Part shown: one piece after another, positions 13,821 to 35,100 of the stretch
Numbering within the stretch: the first letter of the stretch is position 1
Layout of the letters: each line of letters starts with the position of its first letter
Assembly (NCBI GenBank): GCA_030141605.1
Contig: JAQGDQ010000135.1
Location: 248,001 to 312,000 of the forward strand
Origin: Tubiluchus corallicola
Taxonomy: Eukaryota > Animalia > Priapulida
DNA: 64,000 nucleotides
Reading direction: 5' to 3'
Translations under genes and position numbers: made by a program
Notes under the pieces: model-generated
The model's database searches: none
Told to the model about the DNA's origin: nothing
Seen by the model: the letters and a program-made list of their open reading frames with translations, nothing else

Positions 13821-15303
13821 CAAGGATCGTCTTTACCACAGGAGGTAAAATGATTATTAGCTTTAATCGCGCAGTTGGAAAATAAGGCGTAGACAAGCCT
13901 TTTTAATCAAAACAACCCAAAACAAAGCTTCCTCATGATATTAAGCTGTATCAACTTGTGCGCGTAAGTGTCACTTTCCATTATGAGGGCCAGGTTTTTG
14001 TAAATCGCACTTTTTTGAAAAGTGGCATAATTTACTGAGTTATTGTAATGCATTCTTATCGTAGTAAACAGTCTTTATTTTAGTGAAATAATTTCGGGTG
14101 CATTTCTTTTTTGTATATAATTATGTAAACAGCGTGTCCTCTTGCATGTGTGTTTTTTGTAGTTATGTGCTTTGTTTTAAAAGTAGTTTCAGTAATATCA
14201 GTCTTATGTTTTAATGTGTAGTCTTAATGTCTTATATATATTTTATTCAGCTTATATGTGTGTATTTGTATGGATTTTAAGCCTGAAATAAAAGTGTGAA
14301 TTGAACTGAATTGAATTACTGGTACACCTTGCGTCATAGAGCTATCAGAAATTTGTTGAAACCGCTTACAGAAATGAGAAAGCTGCCTTGCTTAAAGACT
14401 ACATTCCTAAGTGTGATTGACTGAATAAGCCAATCTTGCCGATGATGATGATTATAATAATGATAATTGTGATAATAATAACAGCTAGTGATGACGACAC
14501 TCGTTTTTATATGTATTCTCAAAATTCTGTTTTTCGAAATTCTGTCCTAGGTACATCACCGCTTAATATTAATTATTAGGGTTAAAGCGTCCAGTGATAA
14601 GTAAAATGTTCGAATCACCAGTGATAAGTAGGCTGTTGTATGCGAATAATAACATAATTATTTTTTGTTTTTTTTAATTATATTTACTGCAGTCTGAAAA
14701 TGAATGTGTTGTTATTTATCAGAAAACTAATTGGAATCATAAACATTGGCAGTGCGAAGTAAACGAGTTGAATAAAGGGTTATGATTAAGAACCTGTGAA
14801 AGGTCAAGCAGGGAAGAAGCCTTTTACTGATATAAATTATCGTAATTTTGGTATTTTACATTTTACCTTAAAATATAACAAAACCTACCGTAATAATTAA
14901 ATATAATTAAGTTACATGGAGTCATATTAGCTGGATCAAACCATTAATAAACTTCATAACGATGTGTATGAAAGCTGATATAGTTATAAGTAAGTAAACT
15001 TTTTATTGCAAGCATTGCTCATGTAACAACATTCAGTGTACAATACAATAAAATACAATACAACACACAGTTAGTACACAATACAATACAATACAATACA
15101 GAACAGTACAGTACAGTACAGTACAGTACAGTACAGTACAGTACAGTTAAATTACATGTCATGTGATGACGGAACAATAGATCTTATTGATTATATGTAT
15201 AACAATCTCACAACATTTTCAGACCACTGTAAATTGTCAGCGTTGCTTAATGTGTGTAAACCCGTTGCGAACTTTCATGATTTTAAACGTAGTCTCGTAT
15301 ATG

Positions 15304-15798
15304 CAGGCCGTATTTCAGGGGTGGGGGTGGGTAAGTGATGATACTTCCCCGGGGCCTCACCCTCCAGGGGGGAGGCCTCGCGCCGAGGTAACATTTTTTT
15401 TGCTATTTGCAAACATACTGCCTCCTCTCTCTTCCTCTCTCCCCCTCTCTCTCTTGCCGCATGCGCACCATTTGCCTTGTGCGGCTCGGGGCCGATGTTC
15501 AGCTGCTTTCAATTTTGGAATTTCTAACATCCGCTTGAACGGAAGTGAGAGTACGGTATTGTATATATTGCAAAGATGTTGTTTTTGGTTTGACTATTGG
15601 ACAAGTATTAAGGACTGGTCTTGAGAATAAAGCAGTTTTTCTTTCAATTGTTCTTTCCTTTAACAACTGTATAACTCTGTATTTTCTCTTCGAAAATGCT
15701 TCTCCGGCATTCTAGGCCTATGCTTCTTCGCCCCCCCCCCTGAGGGGGCCTCACACGCCCCACTTCCCCGGGCATCGCTTAAGCTGAAATAGGCCCTG
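15304..15798. mobile_element. Non-autonomous hAT-type element
   Basis: TIRs CAGGCCGTATTTCAG / CTGAAATAGGCCCTG; perfect 8-bp TSD CGTATATG on both sides; GC-rich subterminal repeats. Confidence 0.85.
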
Positions 15799-15899
15799 CG
15801 TATATGAACATGCTGTTGTTTATAAATGGCGACCGGAATACAAAACAACTTTTAGTCAGGCCTTAGTAAATGCTCTAGCTGTACATTCTAATTTTTAAT

Positions 15900-17150
15900 A
15901 ACATAATTAAAGGCGGACGTAATGATGTTTGAAACTAACTTAGAATTAATTAATGCTATTTTCCAAAGTGCGCCTAAGAAATAGCAAAATAAAAATCATG
16001 GTACGACAAAGAATGTAAAACTAGTCACAGAACTCCCTCTCAACTGGCCAGAACTCTTTCAAAAAATCCAAATAATTACGCAGTTCACTCTACGTATCAT
16101 AAACTAAGAAAAGCGCATAAAAAGAAGAAAAAACAAAGCAAGCTAAGAATAAACTTTTATCTATTCTGGAAAACACTAGTCACGGCGACCTAAAAATGTT
16201 ATGGGAGACTTTAGAAAAAATTGACTTTAGAAAAAATTGACAAATTCTATTACTGACATGACAAAATTTTACAAATATTTCAAGGAGCTGATGTTTAAAA
16301 ATGAAAAATATCAATTATTTCAAAACACTTCGCATGTTAGAATTATTGAAAATTATGTATCAGAAACTAATCCAGCATCCTTTACTAAATTAGATTATCG
16401 AATTTGCGAAAATGAAGTCTGAGAAGCAATAATTTTTTTAAAAAAATAACAAGGCACCAATCAAAGTTGGAATAATAAACGAGATGATCAATAGCGGAAT
16501 TACATTACTAACACCAACATTACCTTTGTATTTTAATTCAGCTTATTCTTTCAGAAAATTTCCAAAAGCCTTGAGTGATTGTCTAATCACACATATATTG
16601 AAGAAAGGAGACCCAACAGATCCTTCAACTATAGAGGTATCTCTATTTTACATCATTTGGACTTTTCTCACATTTGGGAACAGCAAGGGGTCGGTCAAAC
16701 TAAACTTTTTTATATGCTTTAAAAGAGAAATTACAAACAAACAAACAATAAAATTAACTGGAAGGAATGTGTTGCAAAAGAAACTTGCAAAACTGGGGAA
16801 ACTAATAAACTACGAAACTATACGAAATTTAAGCAAGAATCTTCTTTTTATACATAATCATGTGCTAAGATCGAACTTACATAGAAAAACGCCGACATTG
16901 TATAACGAAGGTAATCGCATATGAACATTGAAATGAAGGAAAAATTGAAGATGAAATTCATTTTGTACTTGTATGTAGAAATTACAATGACGTAAGGTCA
17001 AATTTATTCAGTTCTATTACGAAAACTTTCCCTGTTTTTATTAATCTACCTATGGACCAAAAGTTTATTTTGCTGTTAAGAGGTAGTGGTTTTGAAATGA
17101 CAAATTTAGTGTCAAAATTCATTAATGAGTGTTTTATGAAACGAAATTAA
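15900..17150 (+). mobile_element. Decayed, internally deleted LINE ORF2
   Basis: Fragments WYDKEC, FPKALSDCLITHILKKGDPTDPS-NYRGISL (start of RT), then a C-terminal EDEIHF-like motif. Confidence 0.7.
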
Positions 17151-17954
17151 CAAAATTTAGCTTACCTGTTGTTTTAGCTAATAGTGTAGGATTTCCATTA
17201 TATATTATAATTCTAACGCATCTCTTTAAATGTAGTTTATCATTTTGTAAAATGTAATTCTAAAACTCGTTGTGTACTAAACTTTATAATATAACATAAC
17301 ATAACATAATATAATTGCAATAGTTCACCACTGCAAATACCGTTTATTATTATTATTATTATTATTATTGTGTTTTATTGTATTATTGTTGTGTATGACG
17401 ATTACACCCCATGTGCGGGGTTCTGTCTGTGAAGTTTTTTCGTTATAATGTTTGCATTGTTTATGTAATGTTTTGTAATAAATTGTCAATCGTCAATGAC
17501 TAAATTATAAAACCTTTTAAAGTGTAACTTTGTGTGTTTTAATATGTCATGGTTTAAATTAATTTCTGCTTCTGCTATTTTTAATCGTAACTTAATTTGA
17601 AATTTTATTGTACATAAAAATGTGTACTTTTTAGTTTGTAATATACCTGATGTAACTGAAAATTTTTCGAACAGTTAATATTAATAGCAATTTATTCTCA
17701 TTATTCTAACGCTTGATATTGTAATGTGTGATCTTAGTGATTAATTAACTTATTTAAAATTGTTTCTTTTAACTTTGCTAACTGCATGGACCATAATGGC
17801 AACGTAGTTCACATGCAAGTTTAATGCAACCATGTAAAAATAAATTTCTATCTAACTATCTACAAAGCATCATTATTATTTTTAGTAATAGATTTTTCCG
17901 GATATGCTGCGTATAATTAGTTTGTAAACACTAAAATATCGAGGTTTAATAAGG

Positions 17955-25628
<7,674 letters not shown>

Positions 25629-27084
25629 GTTTCTTGCACTCTAGGTTATCACGCCTGTAGTTTGTCGTATTGTGGCTCCTGTATAGAGGACTAGTAAACG
25701 TCTATAGCCAAACTGTTTATGCGCAACCTTGCCAATACTATTGTAAACCAAAGAACCGGAACTGCGTGTCCCAGAATACAAAATGACAAGCCTGTAGAAG
25801 TCACGAATTATGACTGTAGAAGCACGAATTTATCCGTTATGTGTTTTTCAAAACTGCGAATGGCGTGACAACGTGTGAGTGTCAATCGCAACTCTTTTTT
25901 TACTATTTTCTGTTTAATGTTTCTCGTCTTTGAGTTTTTGGATTAAGCCATGTTCCTGAAATGGAGAGAATAATAATGAGAGGCAGCAGTTGGTAAATGT
26001 GGTAAAACTGTGAACAAAAGTAATGCAGTCAAGTGGATACTTAATGCTCAGTGGCCTTGCATTAGTCGTTCAAAGTCAAAGGCTCATTTGTTTGGGCTCA
26101 CTTTAGAGTGTTAATAGCAATAGAATAAAATTAACATGACCACATAAAATAAACAAGTATGATAGAAAGGAAAAATATCTAGTGCACGTCAGTAAACTGG
26201 GTTTCTTCAAGTAAATTAGTGGGGCTGATAGGTCAAAATGTAAAACGTGGGTTCCCACCTTTGGCAGTCATTGTCGAGTTGTAGCGTAGTTTGAACCAAA
26301 AGCCCAAACCTCCCCAAACAGCACGTTGTTTTGCTTCCTGTAGCTATTACCTCTATCTCAGTATTAATTTAATTTTTGAGTGGTCGACGAATATTGAGCA
26401 ATACGTTCAGTGTTTTCATTCTATTGCAAAAGTGGCAGAAACACCTCAGCTGGTTCAGTGGCTCATCATAGAGGGTTATCCTTGAGAATGAACTAGGTTC
26501 CGGTCGCTGTGTTGGTTGCTGGATTTCAGCTCGCAGTGTGCACAATTATGTAAAAATCAACTTTTATTACATGCAAGTTCATATGTTATGTTTGGCTTCA
26601 CAAAATTAGTTTGGGGCTACACAGCCAAAATCACTATTCTACCATGGTGAAGTTTGAACACGCAGTGAAGCCATTCTTCGAAAAAGTTTATTTTTCAAAT
26701 AAGGAAACCAGGACAAGCGGATACAGAGTTATACCACGTTTATTTTAAATACAGTCTACACTGTAGCTAAAAAGTTAAAACAACTTATTTCTAAATACCG
26801 TCAGAAACAACCTATTTCTAAATGAAATCATTTTTTACAAACTGACTAGAAAAAGTCGCGTGATAGTGTATAATCAGTTGCATTATCAACTAGAAATTCG
26901 TTCATATAAAAAACGTGCATTTGAGTTTTTTATAGCATAATTTCAGTAGACAAAACAATTCTACAAAGGCGAGATGCTTATTTACATTCATAACACGCTA
27001 ATAAGAACCACATAAATAATAATTGTAGCTATAACACATGTGCTAAAACGAACATTGGAGATCAGTGGGCAAAAAATACAAGAG

Positions 27085-27193
27085 TAAAGTTTACAATTCC
27101 CACACAAAATAAAATAGTTCGTGATGCGGATTAAGAACTGCGTGGTTTGGTTAAAGTGCAAAAATTTAGATTGTGTAGGGAATTGTAAACTCC
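27085..27193. mobile_element. Hairpin element family 2, copy 1 (degenerate core)
   Basis: TAAAGTTTACAATTCCC ... GGGAATTGTAAACTCC. Confidence 0.7.
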
Positions 27194-28067
27194 TAAATTT
27201 GCAATAATTAAGAAATGCATTGCGGTACGCACTTCGTCAGACTAGCACTCTACTCATAAATTAATTCTTGTGTTTCAAGGCACAAAATATAAAATGACTG
27301 TGGCAATTTAAAATGACAAATTGTTGATTACCCTGGAATAATAGCGTCTTACTACTACTTCGCTTTGTTACACAGAAGAATGACTCACAGGTGCTATATG
27401 ACAGCATCTTATGGTGTACAGTTATGATTTTAACATCATTAGCAGCTCACTGAAAGTAGACGATGCCAACACGGATAAGGCCAGCTATGTGAACAGTGGC
27501 ATGCTGAAAACTCACCTCAGTGAAAAAACTGACTCCCTTGCAACTTCAGTTTAGCTGTTGTTGCATAGTAAGGGATGAGTCCTGGACTATTAGTCTATTT
27601 GCAGTCTCGGGACAACTATACCTTTTTAATCAGATACGGGTCCTATAGTTATTCTCGTTGTACTTTGTTTTATAAAAATTGTTTTATAGTAATTTTGTTT
27701 TATAATACTGCTTGTAGTGTACAAATGTGAGCTAATTTCACCTGCACACCGCACTGACAACTTGACTAGGTCCAACAGGTGCAAATGAACTAGGACAACG
27801 ACACCTCAACTGAGCTGGAAGATGTAAATGATGTAAGTATAAGATTCCTATACTGCTTTTTGTGGCCTTTGAAGTTCGACCTACATTAAACAGCTTCGGA
27901 TAGTTCTAGAACCCAGACAACTTTATCAGTTGTTTAATGAAACCATTTCACAAGAAGCAGACTTAATATGGACTCTTGGAACTGAATCGGTTTGGTATGG
28001 AAAAGTAGAGGACCCATCCCCAACCACCCAGGCTGTAAATAAGTAGTCTCCAATGTTGACGGTTAGC

Positions 28068-31000
28068 TTAGCATTGATTCCGATCTGCCTCGCAGAGTTT
28101 GTTGAATTCACGTAACAGATTCCCCACTTCATCTGCATGGTGCTGGGTCCAGTAAATGTTGGCACGCATCATATTAATCGCTTTAGACAAAGAGTTTGCG
28201 TACGTCTCGGATGCTGGATGTTTGCCAAAAACTTCCTCCAGCTAAAAAAAATATAGGCTACATTAGGATGGTGACTTATTTGCAAGCAAAACTGGCATAG
28301 TTTGCCAAGGAAAATATAGATAAAATGTTATACAGTTTTTTATTTGGTTACGATTTTTATTTGCAACCTCGCGGCACACGCACGACTTTGCCAAAACAAT
28401 GACGCCATTTTTTCTCGTTGTAAAATAATACCCATAATAATTTTACATGTAGTAATATAAATCAACTGAGAAAACCTGGAAGAGCATGACACATGGTGAA
28501 AAGAAAAGAACGGAAAATAAAATAAAACGGAACACAATAAAACAAAAATAAAATAAACAAAAAAGTGAATATATAACGTCAATTAAAAAACAGAGAAAAA
28601 ACTAATGGAATGCTTCGATACAACTTTTGTGTACATACCTGTTCTTTTTCTGTATTTGTATTTACACCTGATATGAAAACAGGTAAAATTTTGTCCATTG
28701 CCCATGGATTCGAGCCAAATCTGAAAAATAAGGTATTATATGACACAAGGTATAAAAATGAAACAAAACCGAAACTTCCTACTTTATATTAAGAAAAGAA
28801 ATTAGATTTGCACAAAAGTTGCCTTAGTTTCTAAGAGGATGAAGGTTATAATCATATCGTTTTGATATTATCCTTAAGATTTATCATTATTACTCTTTTG
28901 TTATGTATAATTATCACTAAACACACTGTATGTCTATCATTTTTGTATTTCACTTAACATAAAAATATACAAAAGTTTTAATGTCTTACACGTACATTAA
29001 TATACTCATAGATTAATTAAATTTGACACTTTTTACCTTTCCTGAATGACGTCCCAGTTTTGCATGAGAAAATAATAAGAAATAGTTCGGCTCAGCATGC
29101 TGTAGTCCATAGAAACGATGGCTCTTGAGAAATCGTGGTTGTGCAGGATAGTTCCATTCAGAGCAATGTTAAGATACCTGTGAGAGTAAAACCCGTCATT
29201 TGCAATTATTTTCTTAAATTGAGTTTGCTTTAGTTAGATTAGTGGATTTGGGAAGATTTTAGCAGGCGAAAAATACCCGTATTGCTGCTAACCGAGAGCC
29301 AACTTTTTTGCGTCTATCATTTTGATGTTTCACTTAACATAAAAATGTACAGAAGTTTCTAATATGTTAAACATAGACTAATATCCTCATTATGATTTGA
29401 TATGATTTTACTACGTTCGTTGGTTAAAAGTTAATGTAAATTCAAAGATATGCTTAGGGAGTTAAAATGGTATTTTAATTGCGTTTAAGGAACTTCTCTT
29501 AAATTGAGTTCAATCGAAACTGATATAATTCGAAATACACTTAAATTTACTCTTAAGGTTATGATAGCATAAATATGTAATTACTTATTGTTACTGTCTG
29601 ATCATTCCTGTAAGTCTGACCGTCATCATTAAGCTCATGGAGCAATAAAACATTTGTGATTGTCAGCAAAAACTCCATAGTTATAGATCGTAGAAATGAT
29701 CACAGACATCAACAGAGTTGAAAATTAGATTAATTCTAACTCTAAAATTCCTTTAGGCCGTTTAAGATTGTTTAATGACCATTTCATTTTTGCAGTAATT
29801 AGCCAAAGCATGAAACGCACTCACGGGTCAGTTTAAGCTTAGCGCACACAGATGTCAAATTCGTTGTTTTCTGTTTCACGTATTTTTCTGTCCTTGTGCT
29901 TTAAGTGTTAGCAAAAGCACGAGCTGAAATAAGTTGTCCGCTTTTGCCCTGAGTTTTGAACTAAGAGATATGAAAAATGATTGTGACTTCAGGCCTCGAT
30001 AGACTAACCTTTGCAACAGCCACGGTTCATTACTTGCCGCTAAGGCGGCATAAGCGGTGTGTCTGTCACCAGCTACTATGGAGGCTTGAGCGTAATCGAA
30101 CAGAAATTGCCAGGCATCTTCTCCGCCTTCTCTAACACCTGCCCTGTAGTAGAGTTCTCTAAAGTTTGCTGAAATACTGTAAAAGAAGAAAAGTGTTTCA
30201 GAACGTATAGGTACGTTACATGCAAGGTCACTAAACCAATGAATGAGCGACTAAATGAATAGCTGGCTGGTTTGTTGGTTGCATGCTGATTTCCTAGTTG
30301 ACTGAGGCACTAACTAACTCACTGTCTTAATTAAATTATTTGAAGAAATAGATATAAATGACTGACAAATTGATTAACGAAACAGTAAAATGAGTAATGT
30401 ATGAATGAATGAATGAACGAACGAACGAATGAATGGATGAATGAACGAGTGAATGAATGAATCATTATAGTGAACAAGTAAAATATAGATCATAAATAAC
30501 TGAACAAGTAAACAAATGAATGAACAAGCCAGAAGCTGAACAAATAGACAAACAAGCAAACAGATAAAAGAACAAGAAAGAACAATGACTGAAGACAATT
30601 GCGGAAACACTTATATATCTACAACATTTATATATACACAATCATTTTATCATCGTGCAAATTCGCATTTACAGCAGAACATTCATTCGTTTCTACAGCT
30701 CCATTTAACACATAAAAGAGAAGTAACTGATTGACATACAGTTTATCAGGGTCTCTCTTCCATTGCTCAAATAGATTGTTTGCATATTGTATTGCACTTT
30801 TGTCGTTATACTGAATTGCAGCATTGAGGATGTCAATCCGCAGCTCTCTGAAAAACGATAAATAAGCACTTCAATCAAGATGTGCCAGTCGTAGAGTTCT
30901 TGTTTGTTCTAAAACACGAGTTAATTTGGCTCCATCGGATACATAAGAATGTCCTAAAATACTTTAGGTGACATAAAAGTTTAGCAAAGTAAAATGCACG

Positions 31001-32005
31001 AAGTAAAAGAAAACCTTTGAGCAATAATAAAACTCTGCGCACTGTCTTGTACAATTTATTTGTTTTTAAACCTGTTGCATTAATTTCAGTTAAAACTTCT
31101 CCATGAGTACAATGAGCAAATTTCTCCATTTTTAAGGTGTTTTCAGTTTAAACCTGAACTTTTTTTATTTTAAATCTTGTGTCTGCCTTTGCTTGTTAGC
31201 AGCAACGGAATACTTATGAAACTCACTTAAGTTCGTAGTCTCCAGTTTCTGTCCACTTAAGCTCTTCTACAAGAGGAGAAATCTTGTTTAACATGTATTT
31301 CTGAAACAAAAATGTATGAGCCTTTATTTGAGTTTTACAAATGTTTTTTTGGTAGAGATGTTTTATCTTCGATAGATCTTCATTTTACTGCAGACGTTTC
31401 ACTTTTAACAGTTAAGACTTGAGCCGGTATTGATTAAGTATAAGCAGATTATGACTTCCATTTAGGAAGCTGAAATGCTTGTACATTTAGTGTTTCAGAA
31501 CCCGATGAACTGTCAACAGAAGCCTAAAAACAAATAATCAAAAGCAAGAAATCAATGTTTTTTGTATTGTTGTCCAGGTTTTTCTTTGAGCTGCCATACT
31601 ATCTTTTTACTCACCCAGTAAATTAAGGACAACGTTCATTCAGAGAGAACATTTTTTGGCTAAGAGCGAGCTAGATAGGGAGGTGTGGACTTTAAAATTT
31701 CAATTATAACTTTTTGAATACTTACGGTTTGGCTTGCCTCTGCGAACATTGATTTTACTATTAATATAATAATTTAATAAAATCAGAATAATTACTTGCA
31801 CTTCACCATAATTCATTCCTTTTGACAACATGTGCATGATGAACTTCATGTGGTGTAGAAAAACCTTCCACGGTCCCATGTTGCGTTCTTTATTTAAGTA
31901 CTTACACAACTTGAATGGTATCATATAGTCCAACTTTGATGCCCTAATAATAATAATAATGATAATAATAATAATGATAATAATAATAATAATAAAAACA
32001 ACAAT

Positions 32006-32044
<39 letters not shown>

Positions 32045-32071
32045 AATAATGATAATAATAATAAAAATAAT

Positions 32072-32110
<39 letters not shown>

Positions 32111-35100
32111 AATAATGATAATAATAATAACAATAATAACAACAACAACAACAACAACAACAACAATAACAATAATAAAAAAATAATAAGAAGAAAAACA
32201 ACAACAATAACAAAACAACAACAACAACAACAACAACAACAAGCATAATAATCATAATAACAGCACAACTATACAGAATAAAAATGCACATTCACGATGG
32301 GTTATATAACCAGTTAAAAACATTTAACTGTTGTTAGCAATCCTGTTAATCAGCATGATAACTTCCGATTTTTTTCCTTCTGGTGATTGGTATTACACTG
32401 TTTTGGTGTGCAAAGAGAATAGCTATTTGTTATCAATTTATTAAATCGCAAAATTTTGATATTAAACAGTCTACAGTGTTTCAAGTACTGAGTTGGGCAT
32501 TCATTTGTCACAACTGCAATTGACATAATTATATTTTACTAGCTTCAAATCGATTAGTTTCAAGATAGAGTCCAGGAACTAAGATGTATATCATAACTTT
32601 GAGACAGTGATTGAATTTAATTGATCTAAGATTTAGTTTAGTTGGCTTGTAGCCTTGGCTCTTTGAAGCCTTGCCCTGGGTTGGGTGGCAGAGTGGTTTA
32701 GATTTCGCGCAATCTTATGTTCGAGATTAACAGCTGCCAATGCCAAGGCATATACCTTACATTTTATTCGTTATTTGTGTGTTGCGTCGCTACCTGCATT
32801 GTTGTAAATGAAAGCCACCAGTGATAATGTTGTCCGTTAAATGAGCGACGGTAATTAAATCTTGTCATTTTTGTCCTCACTTTGCAGAATAAATCGGCAC
32901 CAATGGCAGTTTTGTCTTAAGATCTGCATTTTAACCTGAATGTAAATTCAGATTCTTACCAGAACAGTTCATTGGTATTACCTGGCAAGCATGAAGGCAC
33001 TATTAAGAAGAGCTAGACGTGTCGATCCATCTATGAGTGTATGATCAGTCTGCAGAACTTTGGCAAGAGTATGCCAGTTGTCCTCGTAGTAATTGACTAG
33101 GTAGTACCCGTTTGATCCAAAATTTCCAACAATCCAGAAATCGTCTGATGTGGATACCTTGGTTTCTACCTTCACTTCCGTACCACCTAAGTGCAACAGA
33201 AGTCCAAGCACATTTATTGCAAGTAAAGGTTGTCTATCCACAATGTAACTGCAAGATTATTTATTATTACGTTAAAATAGCACAGATTTTTTATTGTTTT
33301 GTTTGTTTGTTTATTTGTTTAGCGGGTGTTCTTGTTTTGTGTGTCATACTTTGTCTTGTTATTTCTTTTCCTCCAATTTGCTTTCCACATTTTATCTTTC
33401 ATCACCATTTACTTCATGGTAATCCTTTATGTGCCTGCTTTTATTTCCTTTACCCTTCTTTTAACTTTATTGTCATTCATTTGTGGGTTTGCTTTTCTTT
33501 CCTTGCTTTTTTCGCTTGCATGTCTGTTCGATTTTTCACTAATGGAGGTGTCCATTATTTTAGCAATGTTTTTGTTGGAGAAGCCCAGAAAAACATGGGC
33601 TATATTGAAAACTAATGCCGTAAAGGACTTTTTCTCTGAACTCTAACCTTTATCATATTCGGTGCTTCAGATTCTATAGGTCTATGAAATTTGATAGCAT
33701 TCGATGCAATTTTCGCAAAATTAGAAAAAAAGTAATGTTTTTTCGCGATTTTGATGGATTGTTATTTTAAATCCATTACAATGCATCTGTTTATTCGATC
33801 ATTTTGTCCTTCATCAATATGTTGAAAGATTCTCTCTTTTTATTAAATAAAGATAATTATGACTGCGCACACTAGAATAATTTTGACAATCTTTAAGATT
33901 AAGAAATACAATAATAAATGAACACAAGACAAACTGGAAAATACTTACTTTGGTCCAACCATTTTATTTGAGAAGACTTGCCAAGCTCAGATGTGGTGAA
34001 AGTAAAGGGTATTTCCCATTTGTAGCTATAAAATGGAAAATGCAAAATTAAACAAATAACTGTTTTAAAGTGAGTATATTTTAAGTGAAAAAACACTGTT
34101 TCCTTCAATATTAGCATCTGATGAATGCCTTTACTTACTGACATTGCCAGTAGATATAACAAACAGTAAGTAAAATCAGTCTCTGCTGTTTTGTTTGCAT
34201 GTATTAAAGTTAAACAAAGCGAACGATGTAAACACAATTCTTAAAAAAACACATTTTGATATATTGCTTAAATGATATATTTTAGTTGTTAGATGCATTT
34301 TGGTGCATTTTGTTACGAGCATTTTAACATTATCAAGTGATTACATTTTTGTATAACTAACCCCACTTGCAGTTTTTGAAATTATTTGTAATTGTTGTGA
34401 ATACACTGTTACCAATGTAAATTTATTATTGCTTCCAGAATTTAATCGCAAGTTCATGTTTGTTTAATATTACTAACTTGTAAGGACTTGTGGAATAGTC
34501 CGGTTCATCCTCCGGATTCAAAAGAAAATATTCTTGAGACAGTATCAAATCGCCGTTTGATGAATTGGTCACAGTTACCACGGGGTATCCCATCTGCTTT
34601 AACCAAGTATTCATAATATTTCCTACTGAACTTGGTAAACCATTGTCAACCGACTGCAAATAAAAGTTTAAAAGAAAAAACAATAAAAAGGCAAACTTTT
34701 CGGTTATGAAACTGAAACTTAAACATTCATACTTAAAAGGAAAAGTGTAAATGAAAGAATGAAATGACGAGTAAATAACAAGTGGATGAAAAAAATGAAG
34801 AAATGAGCAAACAAACAAACGAACAAACAAACAAATGAATAAATCTGTAAATTAATAAACAGATAAATAAATAAAGACGTCAGCGAATAATTAAATGAGT
34901 GAAAATGCATTGAATGAATGAGTTTATAAATAAATGAGGAAATGAATAAAAGCATGAGAGAACAAACAAAAAAACAAACAAATAAATAAATTAATTAAAC
35001 AAAAATTCAATGAATAATTTAGTGAGCGAAAAATTCATGTAGAATTGAAAGAATGAGTTTGTAAATAAATGAGGATATGAATGTAAACGAGGGAATGAAT

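Noticed and set aside
27926-28165. 79-aa ORF overlapping the aminopeptidase 3' end
   Set aside because: Alternative frame of the last exon and 3' UTR; the real frame ends at 28068.
31615-31670. Possible extra aminopeptidase exon (TAG acceptor, GTGAGT donor)
   Set aside because: In-frame stop in the required phase and no similarity to neighbouring exons.
32684-32740. tRNA-like A box (TGGCAGAGTGG) and B box (GTTCGAGA)
   Set aside because: No cloverleaf could be formed; at most a decayed SINE head.
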